From: Cyanobacteria bacterium J06626_4
GTDB lineage: Bacteria > Cyanobacteriota > Cyanobacteriia > Phormidesmidales > Phormidesmidaceae
Assembly (NCBI GenBank): GCA_038523235.1
Contig: JBCBJQ010000037.1
Coordinates: 1-50,569, forward strand
DNA: 50,569 nt
Direction of reading: 5' to 3'
Made by a program: the position numbers and the translations under genes. The notes under the pieces are model-generated. The model did not search any database. It was not told the DNA's origin and saw only the letters and a list, made by a program, of their open reading frames with translations. Shown piece by piece: positions 1 to 9,757 of this stretch (positions are counted from its first letter, which is position 1; every line of letters starts with the position of its first letter).

Positions 1-346
1 CTTCAATATCAAAAGGTTTACGGATAAAATCGTCAGCCCCGGCATCCAGACCTTCCACCAGACTCACATGGTCGTGAGCCGTGAGCAGCAGGATCGGAAT
101 ATAAGGCAGCTGGGTAGACTGGCGGATTCTTCTCGTCACCTCATAGCCATCCATCCCCGGCATCATGATGTCTAAGAGGATTAAGTCGGGTGGAGATTCC
201 TCAATCCTGGTTAGAGCTTCTTTGCCACTTTTAGCGGAATCCAAGTGATATTCATCGTCATCCAAGACTGTTTCAACCAGAAAAAGGTTGTCCACAGAAT
301 CATCGACGGCAAGATTTTTTTTGGCCTGCGTCATATCATTCGTCAT
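1..346 (-). CDS. Response regulator receiver-domain protein (3'-truncated by window edge)
   Basis: Manual translation from ATG at 346: MTNDMTQAKKNLAVDDSVDN...PDLILLDIMMPGMDGYEV...LLTA...GADDFIRKPF. Contains the REC acidic pocket, phospho-Asp, T and KP motifs. Alternative start at 334. Confidence 0.9.
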   Translation of the reverse strand, partial: MTNDMTQAKKNLAVDDSVDNLFLVETVLDDDEYHLDSAKSGKEALTRIEESPPDLILLDIMMPGMDGYEVTRRIRQSTQLPYIPILLLTAHDHVSLVEGLDAGADDFIRKPFDIE

Positions 347-747
347 CTATTATTCTTAAGCTGATGAATTTTGAAGTTAAATTAAGTAATGCTATACCTT
401 CTAACGCTCACATAAGTCTGGAGTTTTGGCCTCTGACTTTCGAATGATTTTCCAGAGGATGATTCAAGAACACTTGTTTTCTAGCGATAGTCATGACCTA
501 AACCACTTTGGTGTGGCTATCGGCGGGATAAATTAATTTTGGCAAGCCCTGGTGAAATTAGAGCGGCTGAAATCCGTTTCTCCCTGATTTCAGCAACGCC
601 CAAAAAGGTTACACAGTGATGGCATTTCAGGCCAGCGTTGCACTCACACCAGCTGCAGATTTAGGCTCATAGGACACCGGCTTTCAAGAGCCTTAAACCT
701 TCGTTCCGCCCGATCAGTAACCTTTATTCCTGCAACAACGCCACTGC

Positions 748-835
748 AAACTCCGAATTCCCAACTTCGTGGAACTCTTCTCTTCTCACCGGGCACCCCG
801 AACTCCGAACTCCAAATTCCGAACTCCGAACTCAG
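748..835 (+). repeat. STRR-like heptamer tandem repeats (AACTCCG/AATTCCG variants)
   Basis: aactccg aattccc aacttcg ... aactccg aactcca aattccg aactccg aactcag, abutting the stop of the 832-1506 gene. Confidence 0.8.
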
Positions 836-1506
836 TGCGGCGACAACACCGCTTCCTCATTCACCTCAATTCCCATCTCCACCGCATGTTCCCAACCCAA
901 GCCTTTGCGTTCAATTACCGGTGCTTCTGGGTCAGCCAAATTCAAGATGGTTGAGAGGCCGTAGCCCAATTCTTGATCATCGTCGATGATGAAATCAACG
1001 CGAGGGCCGACTTGGTCAAACAGATCGGCTTTTGACGACACCGGTGCGGTCTCTGATTCCACTAGGGAAAGGGCGGAGGTCGAAACAATGGGATTATCCA
1101 GAGCTTCGATCAGCGCTAAACAGATGGGGCAGTCAGGGACGCGAATGCCGGTCGTCTTACGTTTGGGGCTCATCACCAGCTTGGGTACCAGCTTGGTCGC
1201 CGGCAATAAAAACGTATAAGTGCCCGGAATCAGGTGACGAATCTTGCGATAGGCCGGGTCACTGACCCAGGCATATTCCGCGATGTTAGACAGCGACGAA
1301 CACATGAATGTCAGCGGCTTGTCGTTAGAGACCTGTTTGAGCTGCTGCACGCGCTGTACTGCTGATTTCACCGTCAGATCGCAGCCGATCGCGTAGACCG
1401 TATCAGTGGGGTAAAGCATAATTGCGCCCTGCCGCAGCGCGTCACGGATGGTCGCAATTTTGCGCGATTGAGGATTTTGGGGATGGACTTTGTAGATTGT
1501 CGTCAT
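832..1506 (-). CDS. Sua5/YciO/YrdC family protein (YciO-type)
   Basis: YPTDTVYAIGC, KPLTFMC, GIRVPD, PIVSTSA and STIL motifs. Confidence 0.9.
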   Translation of the reverse strand: MTTIYKVHPQNPQSRKIATIRDALRQGAIMLYPTDTVYAIGCDLTVKSAVQRVQQLKQVSNDKPLTFMCSSLSNIAEYAWVSDPAYRKIRHLIPGTYTFLLPATKLVPKLVMSPKRKTTGIRVPDCPICLALIEALDNPIVSTSALSLVESETAPVSSKADLFDQVGPRVDFIIDDDQELGYGLSTILNLADPEAPVIERKGLGWEHAVEMGIEVNEEAVLSPH

Positions 1507-1593
1507 CGCTCGGTCTCCTGCATTTTCCTGCGAAGGTTGCCTGCAACGGCGTCTTCATTATGGAAGATGGAGAGGACGCTGCGGAGACCTTGT

Positions 1594-3000
1594 ATGAAGA
1601 CTTTAGCCTTTCTGGATTGTCCGACGGGCATTTCGGGGGATATGTGTTTGGGCGCGTTGGTCAGTGCCGGGGTGCCGCTGAGCTATTTGCAAGCCCAAAT
1701 CGATCGCCTCAATCTGCCAGAAACGGTCAAACTAACGGCGGCAATCGCCCGCAAAAACGGGATTGCGGCCACGAAAGTTAACGTTGGACTGCCCCACGAA
1801 ACCACTGCCCAGACGCCACCGCCACCGCTGCGTCATCTGCATGACATTGAGCAAATCATTACCGCCGCTGACTTGCCCGCCCGCGCGATCGCCTGGAGTT
1901 TGGCCATCTTTCGGCGGTTAGCCCAGGCCGAGGGGGCGATTCACGGTATTGAGCCGCAGCAGGTGCATTTTCATGAGGTCGGGGCAACCGACGCGATCGT
2001 TGATATCGTCGGCACCTGTCTGGGGCTCGACTGGCTCAACGTGGATGAACTGCACTGCGCCCCCTTACCCACGGGCAGGGGCACTGTCCGCGCGGCCCAC
2101 GGTCGTTTACCTGTGCCGGCTCCAGCCGTGCTCAAACTGATGGAAATGGCGCAGGTGCCCATCTACAATGCTGGGTTGGTAGGCGAACTGGTAACTCCCA
2201 CTGGGGCCGCGATCGCCACCGAACTCGCCGCCCAGTTTGGCGAGCCTCCGGCACTGCAGCTGCAAAAAGTGGGCCTCGGTGCTGGCAGCAAAGACCTGGC
2301 ACTGCCGAATATTCTGCGGTTGTGGCTGGGGACGACGACCCCGCCAGTCTCGACCCCGGTGCACCATGCCCATCAGGCACCGAGCCTCCCAGCTAAATCG
2401 ACGGCGACCCATCATCATCCCCACGAACATTCGGCCCCCGAATCCGCACCGTCGCATGATCGCGCAGCAGTGCCTCCAGCGGCAAGTCATGCTGCTGCGT
2501 CAGCTCAAGCGGATGATATTGAGCGGCGAGCCGGTCAAGAAACCGTCGTGGTTCTAGAAACTCAGGTGGATGACATGTCTCCTCAAGCGATCGGTTATTT
2601 ATACGATCGCCTGCTGCAGTCGGGCGCGCTGGACGTTTTTACCCAAAGCGTCACGATGAAAAAATCTCGCCTGGGCCACCTGATTAGCGTGATCGCCTAT
2701 CCCGAAACAGCGGACGATTGCGAACACATTTTGCTGCAGGAAACCACGACTTTAGGCGTGCGGCGATCGTTGCAGCAGCGTCTCCGCCTCCGACGAGAGA
2801 TTAGATCCCTCACGACGCCCCTCGGCCCGATTCGGATGAAGTTGGCCTTTGCCCCCGGTCAAGACCACCCCCTCAAGGCCCATCCTGAATATGAGGACTG
2901 TGCCGCCCTCGCCCAGCAGCATCGCCTCCCCTGGCGTGAAGTCCACAATCAAGCGTTGGCGTGCTGGCAAACCCACCTCAACCAGGTGCAGGAGAGCTAG
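1594..3000 (+). CDS. larC: Nickel pincer cofactor biosynthesis protein LarC
   Basis: Starts MKTLAFLDCPTGISGDMCLGAL. Motifs VHFHEVGATDAIVDI, AHGRLPVPAPA, ELVTPTG, ETQVDDM, ETTTLGVR, PEYEDC. Confidence 0.93.
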   Translation: MKTLAFLDCPTGISGDMCLGALVSAGVPLSYLQAQIDRLNLPETVKLTAAIARKNGIAATKVNVGLPHETTAQTPPPPLRHLHDIEQIITAADLPARAIAWSLAIFRRLAQAEGAIHGIEPQQVHFHEVGATDAIVDIVGTCLGLDWLNVDELHCAPLPTGRGTVRAAHGRLPVPAPAVLKLMEMAQVPIYNAGLVGELVTPTGAAIATELAAQFGEPPALQLQKVGLGAGSKDLALPNILRLWLGTTTPPVSTPVHHAHQAPSLPAKSTATHHHPHEHSAPESAPSHDRAAVPPAASHAAASAQADDIERRAGQETVVVLETQVDDMSPQAIGYLYDRLLQSGALDVFTQSVTMKKSRLGHLISVIAYPETADDCEHILLQETTTLGVRRSLQQRLRLRREIRSLTTPLGPIRMKLAFAPGQDHPLKAHPEYEDCAALAQQHRLPWREVHNQALACWQTHLNQVQES

Positions 3001-3135
3001 CGTGGGTGCTGGGTCTTCCCGCATTATCTCGATTTCTTCGGACTTAGAAGATCTCTCAGTCCTCGCCAGGTTAGGCACCGCTCAACGACTCAGGAGCCAT
3101 TTGGTAAGTTATATAGAGCCCAGTGTCAACAAGCT

Positions 3136-3843
3136 ATGACGAGTATGTGCCAGGTGAGTGTAATCGGGGTCGGTGTCTGCCTCGGACTGAGTCTTTGGGT
3201 CGGTGATGCCGTGGCTTTGCCAGACCCCGAGCGGATGGAACCGCGCCACATTACGCAACTGCAGCTCACCGATCAGCCGGAAACCGCGATTGATTGGCTC
3301 CTTGATGCGGTCGAAGAACAGCCTAAAACAGCTGAATCGTTTATCCTCGCTTACCCTGACCTCACCGCTGAGCAGCAGCAGCAGATTCAAGAAATCTATG
3401 CCCGGTATGACCGTGACTTACAGATTGCCGTCGAGGCCTACCTGCAATCCGTCAATTTACTCACCAATTTGGTCAGTCCAGAGACGGCCAACGAAGCGAT
3501 CGCCTACGTCCGGAGTGAAATGCTAGCAAACGAACAGGTGGTTCACGACCTCTTGTTTCAGCGGACGATGGCCATTCGCGCCATTCTGCCGGTAGAACAA
3601 CGCACGCCCCTCAACCAACTGCTGCGATCGCTGCTCAATTTGGGCACGCCCATCGAGGCTTCGACATTTCCCTTCGACCTGATTGGGCAACCAGTGGCAT
3701 CCGTGACCGATCAGCTGCTAGAGCAAGGCTGGAACCTGTCGGTACAAACGCCACGCACCCTATTTTTTGATAAAGAGGGGCAAATGCTCGACCTCATCAT
3801 CAACGGCGATCGGCAAGTTGCAGAGGTGCAGCTAACTCCCTAA
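3136..3843 (+). CDS. Spy/CpxP-like (LTXXQ) exported protein
   Basis: Signal-peptide-like N-terminus; DLTAEQQQQIQEI and ILPVEQR motifs. Confidence 0.6.
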   Translation: MTSMCQVSVIGVGVCLGLSLWVGDAVALPDPERMEPRHITQLQLTDQPETAIDWLLDAVEEQPKTAESFILAYPDLTAEQQQQIQEIYARYDRDLQIAVEAYLQSVNLLTNLVSPETANEAIAYVRSEMLANEQVVHDLLFQRTMAIRAILPVEQRTPLNQLLRSLLNLGTPIEASTFPFDLIGQPVASVTDQLLEQGWNLSVQTPRTLFFDKEGQMLDLIINGDRQVAEVQLTP

Positions 3844-3999
3844 TGTGGATATTTTCCGGCCCGGCGTTCAAGCCCGTCTCATAACAAACCTATTTTCTGC
3901 CGAAGTTTTGCTGCCCAATCCCGGCGAGCGCTGCCCCATCTTTGAGCCACTTTCTCAGGATGCTCTAGATTTTGGGGAGAATCTGTAGACCGTCCGCCC

Positions 4000-4269
4000 T
4001 CAGAACACCTGATTCCAGCCGTAGACCTGATAGTCCGTCCAGATGCCGTTCTCCCAGTAGGGATCCCCTTCCACCAGCTGCCGCACCGTCGCTTCATCGT
4101 CAGCCTCATAAATGCCAAAGACTTTCGTGTTATCGACGGTTGGCCCGAGGGCGACCAGCACTCCACTCTCTTTCTGCGAGGTTAGTCCGGCGAGGTGAGC
4201 GGTGCGGTAAGGCGTCCGCTTTTCCAGCGCGTTCTCACAGTAGCTGCCCCACAGGATAAATTTCGCCAT
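4000..4269 (-). CDS. YciI family protein
   Basis: RTPYRTAHL, GP and DPYWENGIW motifs; 89 aa. Confidence 0.88.
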   Translation of the reverse strand: MAKFILWGSYCENALEKRTPYRTAHLAGLTSQKESGVLVALGPTVDNTKVFGIYEADDEATVRQLVEGDPYWENGIWTDYQVYGWNQVF

Positions 4270-4286
4270 TGATCGCGTTCCTATCG

Positions 4287-4781
4287 CTAGATGATTTCAA
4301 ATTCTACGTGGAAGCGCGATCGCAAGTTGCAGGTTTGATGATCAACGACGTTGGTGTCGCTCAGCTCCAGGTTATAAAAATCCACCTCTGCCGCGTCAAA
4401 TAGCGGCCCCGCATGCCAGGTGCCCACGTGCAGTTTGATGAAACAGTCACCGGGAATCGTGAAGGCACGAATACCGGCTGGCTCCGGCTCTGCAGCGGCT
4501 GACGGGGCAGCTACGGCCATCAACCAGGGAATGCCATTGAGAGAGCCTAAACATTGCGTGCAGCGCTGATGGCGGGTGATGGCGCCAAACTGACGGCCTT
4601 TGGTCGGCAGTCGCATGATGTAAAACCGTGGAATGCCCTGACTCAGGTCTAACTGGGCATCCTCTGGGCCATAGGCGGCCCCGTCTTGAGAGGCTTTTAT
4701 TACCTGGCCAAAGGGGGCGAAGGCGTCGGGGGTTAGGGGCTCAGCCGTCAGCGATTTGAGGGTGATCGGGGCCGCAGTCAT
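4287..4781 (-). CDS. Ureidoglycolate lyase/hydrolase family protein
   Basis: AEPLTPDAFAPFG, RH...Q, GTWHAGP and FYNLE motifs of the AllA-like cupin fold. Confidence 0.8.
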   Translation of the reverse strand: MTAAPITLKSLTAEPLTPDAFAPFGQVIKASQDGAAYGPEDAQLDLSQGIPRFYIMRLPTKGRQFGAITRHQRCTQCLGSLNGIPWLMAVAAPSAAAEPEPAGIRAFTIPGDCFIKLHVGTWHAGPLFDAAEVDFYNLELSDTNVVDHQTCNLRSRFHVEFEII

Positions 4782-5017
4782 GGCAATACTCAAGCGATCG
4801 ACTGCTCCCAATTTAGCGCCTGCCGCCCGCCTTCTACTGTTACTTTTTAGAGAGCGATGCGGCAGCAGCGGCGACTCGTCTAGTGGTCACAAAATAGCCA
4901 GCCCCTGAGCATCTATGGTGATAGGAATCCCTGGCCTTGGTGCCGCGATCGGGTTGACCAACAGGGCTGTCCCTCGTCGCTGCCTCAGTTCTCTGACGAC
5001 AGTTCCTCTGATAGCGC

Positions 5018-7717
5018 TTATTCGGGAGACGATTCTTCTGAGGACGATTCCTCTGGGGACGCCTCTTCGGGGAGTGAATCTTCTAAGGGCAAGTCCTCTG
5101 AGGGCAAGTCCCCTGGGGTTAATACGCTTCTGGTCTCAGCATCCCAATAGCGGTAGTCTCGTCGCCAGTCCTGGAGCAGTGTTGGCGTCCACAGCCAGTT
5201 GTTCCACGTATGGGGCGATTCATCGATTTGGCTCACGGCTCGCGGCGTCATCCGTTCCAATTCGTCCAGTCTTTGCAGCGTCAAAAAATAATCTTGGGCC
5301 AGGGCCAGTTCGTTGGCCGACTCAACATCTAAGATGGCCTGCTCATCTTCGCTAGCCTGCTGTAAACCCGCATCTTCTTCCAATCCGGCAGGATTAATAT
5401 TGCCCAGCGTCGTGTGGGCCATCACCAAACCCGCGTAGGCGTGCAAAATGGTCAGATCTGCAGGCGCTGCGGCTGGATTGGGTTGTCGTCGCCGCTGCTC
5501 ATCGTAGAGGGTCAACGCGGCCTCCCAATTGGCGATCGCACTATCCCAATTGCCCATCGCATAGTCAGCAAAACCGCGAGCAATGCGGCCTTTGATAAAG
5601 CGATCGGGGGTGCGTTCCCAAGCCGTGCGAGCTTGCTGGGCAAAGATGCGCCCCTCATAGCGACTATTCACATCTTCTGGCTCAGATTGCATCAGGCTGC
5701 TTTCTTGCCAGGCGATGCGCCCCTTGATGTATAGCAAATCGGGCTCTGGGGTATCGACTACCCAGGGCCAAATCGCATCGCTCACCGTCGTGGGGTCGGC
5801 ATTGCCAATCAGGGCTTGGGTCAACGCCTGATCAAACTCGTCCCGAGCATCGGCGTAGCGGTTTTGCTTGAGCGCATCTTCACCCCGCTTAATCAGGGTA
5901 AAGGCATCAGCGTTAGCGGGTTGTGGTTCTTCCGATGGCAGCGAGGGCGTGGTGGTGGAGAGCACCGGAGGGCGGACACCGTTTTCTGACCAGCGAATGG
6001 CCAAGAGGCCCAGCCCCATCATGCCGACTACGCCCACGAGCCCCAGGGCAAACCAGACCAAGATGGGTTTCTCGGGAGAGCGCGGCAAATAACGGCGGCT
6101 GGCACTAGCGTTGGGTGTGGGTGTTGCGCTTTGATCTGAAGGGTGGGTGGTGGTCGATCTCGCTGGGGGCAAAGGCGAGGTGTGAGTGGGCGGCGGCACC
6201 TCGGGCAGCGTCTCATAGATTTCTAGACCGGCCTGCCGGGTCGGGTCGCTGACCAAGACCTCGCCCTGATCGGCAGGCATCGGCGGCTCATCAGGGCTGG
6301 TCGCGTTTTTAGAGAGCTGTTCGACGTAGCTGACCAGCAACTCATCTTCGTCGGCATCGGGAAGGGGGGCCGTTTCTAACTCCGTGAGCAGGGTGGCCGT
6401 GACGCCCTCAGCTAGGGGCACCTCAGGCACCTCGAGGATCTCGGGCACCTCGGGTTCGTTGACGAGGGGTGCTGCCGGGGGCAGCGGTACGGCGGCGGCG
6501 GGTGCCGGCTCTGATCGCGGCAGCGGTACCGGCGGGTTCAGGGGCAGCAAATCGGTGTCAAGTGACTCATCGGTGGCTCCCCCGCCCTGGGTCAGGTAAC
6601 CATCAAAATCTGGCTGCAAATATAGGATGGGCAAGGCCCAATAATGCTGATCAGAGCCAAACCCGGAGATGAGGCCCTGCCGGGTGCGACTCAGGCTCAT
6701 GTCGATCGGAAAGCCAATACGCAGGTTGTGATAAAACAGCCGCGTAAAGGCGATCGCCACCTCATCGGGAATCCGTTCGGCCATGGCGACGACCCCCGGC
6801 ACGCCCCGATTGACCAGCGCCTGCACCAGGTTTTGCTGTCGCCAATCCATTTCGGCATCATCGGCGGCGGTGTGGCCACTGCGACAGGAGTTGAACACCG
6901 CCAGCGCTACGTGATTATTGACCAATAGACCAGCCAGATCATCGCCCGACAGCCGCTCAGTTAGGCCCGTCTGCCGATTGACTAGGGATAAATCGCCGCC
7001 GTTTTTACCAAAGTTGCTGTGGCCTGCATAGTGCAATACCTGATAGGTGCCCTGCTCTAGTTTCTGGGTGAGTAAAGCGCGATCGGGCTGCTCTAGCACG
7101 TCAATACAAACGGGAGTCGCCTCACCGGGCTGGCTCGTAAACAGTTCGCGAATGTGCCCTGCTTCTTGCAGCAGCTGCAGCTGATCTTGGTCTTCAGGGC
7201 CAGCGATAACCAACAGCACGTTGATCGACGTGCCGACTTCAAGGCGCTGAGGGGCACCGGCAGTGGGCTCCATCATCGGGTTGGCGGCGTACCGCGCAAA
7301 GGTGAGGTTTGGCCGGGTGGTCAGGGGTTGACCGCTGTGTTGCAGCACTTCCCAAGGTAGCCGCTGTAACCGACTCTCTTTTAACCCCAATCGCAAGCGC
7401 AAAACCTCATGGCGGTTTTGGGCAATGCCCCGCGCCCGCAGCCAGCTTTCGCGAATCGCCTCATCTTGAAATAGCGCATTGTAGAGTTTACTGCCCAGTT
7501 GAGGCAGGCCCGCTGGGCGATCGCTCAAATCCACCGTGCCCTGCAATAACCCCATCAGCGGCTCATCCATCGCCGGTTGCGCTAGCTGTAGCCACTCATC
7601 TACCGGCCAGTCAACCTGGGCTTCGGCGACGGGCACCCCCGCTGCAGCGTCTTCGGTGCGGATCAGGTAGCGATCGCTGCCCAGCGAGGTAATTGAGAGG
7701 TGAAATTCTTGAGTCAC
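5018..7717 (-). CDS. hetF: HetF-like CHAT (caspase-like) membrane protease with C-terminal TPR-like region
   Basis: N-terminus MTQEFHLSIT...YLIRTE...GVPVAE resembles HetF. Has LPWE, HYAGHS and FNSCRSG (His/Cys dyad), a Pro-rich linker and one TM helix. Confidence 0.85.
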   Translation of the reverse strand: MTQEFHLSITSLGSDRYLIRTEDAAAGVPVAEAQVDWPVDEWLQLAQPAMDEPLMGLLQGTVDLSDRPAGLPQLGSKLYNALFQDEAIRESWLRARGIAQNRHEVLRLRLGLKESRLQRLPWEVLQHSGQPLTTRPNLTFARYAANPMMEPTAGAPQRLEVGTSINVLLVIAGPEDQDQLQLLQEAGHIRELFTSQPGEATPVCIDVLEQPDRALLTQKLEQGTYQVLHYAGHSNFGKNGGDLSLVNRQTGLTERLSGDDLAGLLVNNHVALAVFNSCRSGHTAADDAEMDWRQQNLVQALVNRGVPGVVAMAERIPDEVAIAFTRLFYHNLRIGFPIDMSLSRTRQGLISGFGSDQHYWALPILYLQPDFDGYLTQGGGATDESLDTDLLPLNPPVPLPRSEPAPAAAVPLPPAAPLVNEPEVPEILEVPEVPLAEGVTATLLTELETAPLPDADEDELLVSYVEQLSKNATSPDEPPMPADQGEVLVSDPTRQAGLEIYETLPEVPPPTHTSPLPPARSTTTHPSDQSATPTPNASASRRYLPRSPEKPILVWFALGLVGVVGMMGLGLLAIRWSENGVRPPVLSTTTPSLPSEEPQPANADAFTLIKRGEDALKQNRYADARDEFDQALTQALIGNADPTTVSDAIWPWVVDTPEPDLLYIKGRIAWQESSLMQSEPEDVNSRYEGRIFAQQARTAWERTPDRFIKGRIARGFADYAMGNWDSAIANWEAALTLYDEQRRRQPNPAAAPADLTILHAYAGLVMAHTTLGNINPAGLEEDAGLQQASEDEQAILDVESANELALAQDYFLTLQRLDELERMTPRAVSQIDESPHTWNNWLWTPTLLQDWRRDYRYWDAETRSVLTPGDLPSEDLPLEDSLPEEASPEESSSEESSPE

Positions 7718-7898
7718 GGTGACAGGGGCGGTAACAGGGGCTGTCTAGAGCATGCCCAAAAGCGGGGCATTTGCAGAACGTTTCTCTCAGGGTAAGTCAC
7801 CCCTCTGACAATCGGCTGTGGGGGGTGACCCCAATTGCTTTTGGCATAGGGGCGATCGCCTTAGGATAAATTCACTTGACTACCCCCTTAAGCTGACT

Positions 7899-8435
7899 AT
7901 GAATCAGATCGTTTTCTTCTACAGCGGCTCAGAACCCCTGATTCGCATCGTTGTCGTGGGTTCCTTGGCCTACTTCAGTCTGGTGCTTTTGTTGAGAATT
8001 TCTGGCAAGCGCTCACTCGCGCAGCTGAATGCTTTTGATTTTGTCGTGACCGTCGCGATCGGCTCAACATTGGGGCGATTGATCACCGCCAAAGGCACCT
8101 CTTTGGCCGAAGGCATCACCGCCTTCCTAACGCTGTTGCTGCTGCAATATCTGGTCTCTTGGCTCACCGTGCGCTCATCTGCCTTTGCGGATTTAGTCAC
8201 CGCTGACCCGTCATTACTCTACTTTCGCGGACAGTTCTTGCCGACCGCAATGCGGGCACAGCGGGTCACTCAATCACAGTTGCTAGCCGTCGTTCGACAG
8301 CATCAAGTGGTCTCTCTCTCCGCCGTCGAAGCGATCGTGATGGAATCAGCTGGGACTATCGCCATCATTCCCAAGGCCGCTGATGGGACACCTGCCGATG
8401 CTGTCGTATTAGGCAATGTTCGAGGAGTTAGTTAA
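7899..8435 (+). CDS. DUF421/YetF family membrane protein
   Basis: LLRISGKRSLAQLNAFDFVVTVAIGS and ESAGTIAII motifs. Confidence 0.88.
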   Translation: MNQIVFFYSGSEPLIRIVVVGSLAYFSLVLLLRISGKRSLAQLNAFDFVVTVAIGSTLGRLITAKGTSLAEGITAFLTLLLLQYLVSWLTVRSSAFADLVTADPSLLYFRGQFLPTAMRAQRVTQSQLLAVVRQHQVVSLSAVEAIVMESAGTIAIIPKAADGTPADAVVLGNVRGVS

Positions 8436-8814
8436 AAGATTGACTTAAACCATATTTCTAGAACTGCCAACGTTTCCGTAAGGGTTGGGCCGTGCCAAAC
8501 ACCTGCGATCGGGAAACTATCTTTGAGCAACGATTCATGCGATGCCTCAAATTACGCAAACCTTAGGGGGGCATTTGCGCACCCATGCATCGAATCCAGG
8601 TGCTGTTCAGGCCAACCTCACCGCCTGCGACACCTCATCTTTTGAGCAAAGAGAGATTAAGGAGCATGCTGATTCCCCTCCTTGGTCAGGATAGGCGAGA
8701 CGAGATTTTATGTTTAGGACAACTCTCTATTACCAGTAACCCTAGCGAGGCTGCTCGTTACCCGATGACCGGTTGGGAAAGCCCTTGGTGCTTGGTGCCT
8801 AGCGGCCTTACCGC

Positions 8815-9456
8815 CTAAACCTTGCCTGCTATCCGCTGAGCAAACATCAGCACTGCCTGCAGCACCACTGGCGAAATCTCATGCCCGATGTTGTATTCCT
8901 TGTAGGTCACATCAACGCCCTGTGCGGTGAGGGCATCGCGCGACTGATGGGCTCTGGCCAGCGGCACCACCTGATCTTGCCGACCATGCACCATGAGTAA
9001 CGGCCCGAGGTCAGGATGTGGCGCTGGCGCACTGTGACTGTAGCCGCTCAGCACCAATGCCCCGGCCAAAGGCAACTGCAACCCCACATCCATCGCCATG
9101 GCCCCGCCTTGTGAAAAGCCGGCCACCAGCGTGCGCTCCGGTGGAATGCCGGTTTCCTCAGCCATTTGCCCCAGCCATGCTTTTAACAGCTGCCGACTCT
9201 CTTGCAAATCGGCCTGTTGTTCAAAATCATGGTCATTCTGAAAGTCATATCCCGTCGGAAAGCTATACCACATCCGCCCTCCCGGTGCTTCAGGATGGGG
9301 AAACGGCGCATCGGGAAACAGCATTTTGACCCCCGGCATCGGCATGTAGCTAGCCAGTGCGGCCAAGTCTTGCCCGTTAGCTCCCCAGCCATGTAAGCCG
9401 ATCAGCAGTTTATCGGCCGATTCACTTGTCGTTTTGGCGATCGCGCTCAAACTCAC
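8815..9456 (-). CDS. Alpha/beta hydrolase (phospholipase/carboxylesterase)
   Basis: LHGWG, GFSQG nucleophile motif, HGRQDQVV, GHEI. Confidence 0.9.
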   Translation of the reverse strand: MSLSAIAKTTSESADKLLIGLHGWGANGQDLAALASYMPMPGVKMLFPDAPFPHPEAPGGRMWYSFPTGYDFQNDHDFEQQADLQESRQLLKAWLGQMAEETGIPPERTLVAGFSQGGAMAMDVGLQLPLAGALVLSGYSHSAPAPHPDLGPLLMVHGRQDQVVPLARAHQSRDALTAQGVDVTYKEYNIGHEISPVVLQAVLMFAQRIAGKV

Positions 9457-9611
9457 AGGCTGACCTCAGTATCGTTTCCGCAGACGATTTTAACGTTTAA
9501 CCAGCAGATGACAGCAGAAGCTGTGCCGTCAGAGTTCAGAGCGTGCCAGGACGCGTATCGAAGATGGCATGAAGACCTCTGCACTTTTTACTCCGAATGC
9601 CTCTACGCTCC

Positions 9612-9674
9612 CACTCTGAATCCTGAACTCCGAACTCCGAATTCCGAACTCCCAACTCCGAATTCCCCCCTCCC
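9612..9674 (+). repeat. STRR-like heptamer tandem repeats upstream of purH
   Basis: aatcctg aactccg aactccg aattccg aactccc aactccg aattccc. Confidence 0.85.
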
Positions 9675-9757
9675 ACCGCCGAACGCCAAATTCCCCCCTC
9701 AAACCGCCCTTCCTCCCCGCCACCCCGGTATATTGAGATTTACACGAGACGGAGACA

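Noticed and set aside
315..322. 8-nt homopolymer near the response regulator start as a phase-variation or frameshift site
   Set aside because: The frame is intact from ATG through the REC domain; no evidence of slippage
1468..1593. N-terminal extension of LarC in the ORF track
   Set aside because: Overlaps the divergent gene start; family similarity begins at ATG 1594
8500..8720. Imperfect hairpins and a CCCCTCCT fragment between the DUF421 and hydrolase genes as an ncRNA or MITE
   Set aside because: Pairing is weak, and no TIR, target duplication or recognisable RNA motif was found
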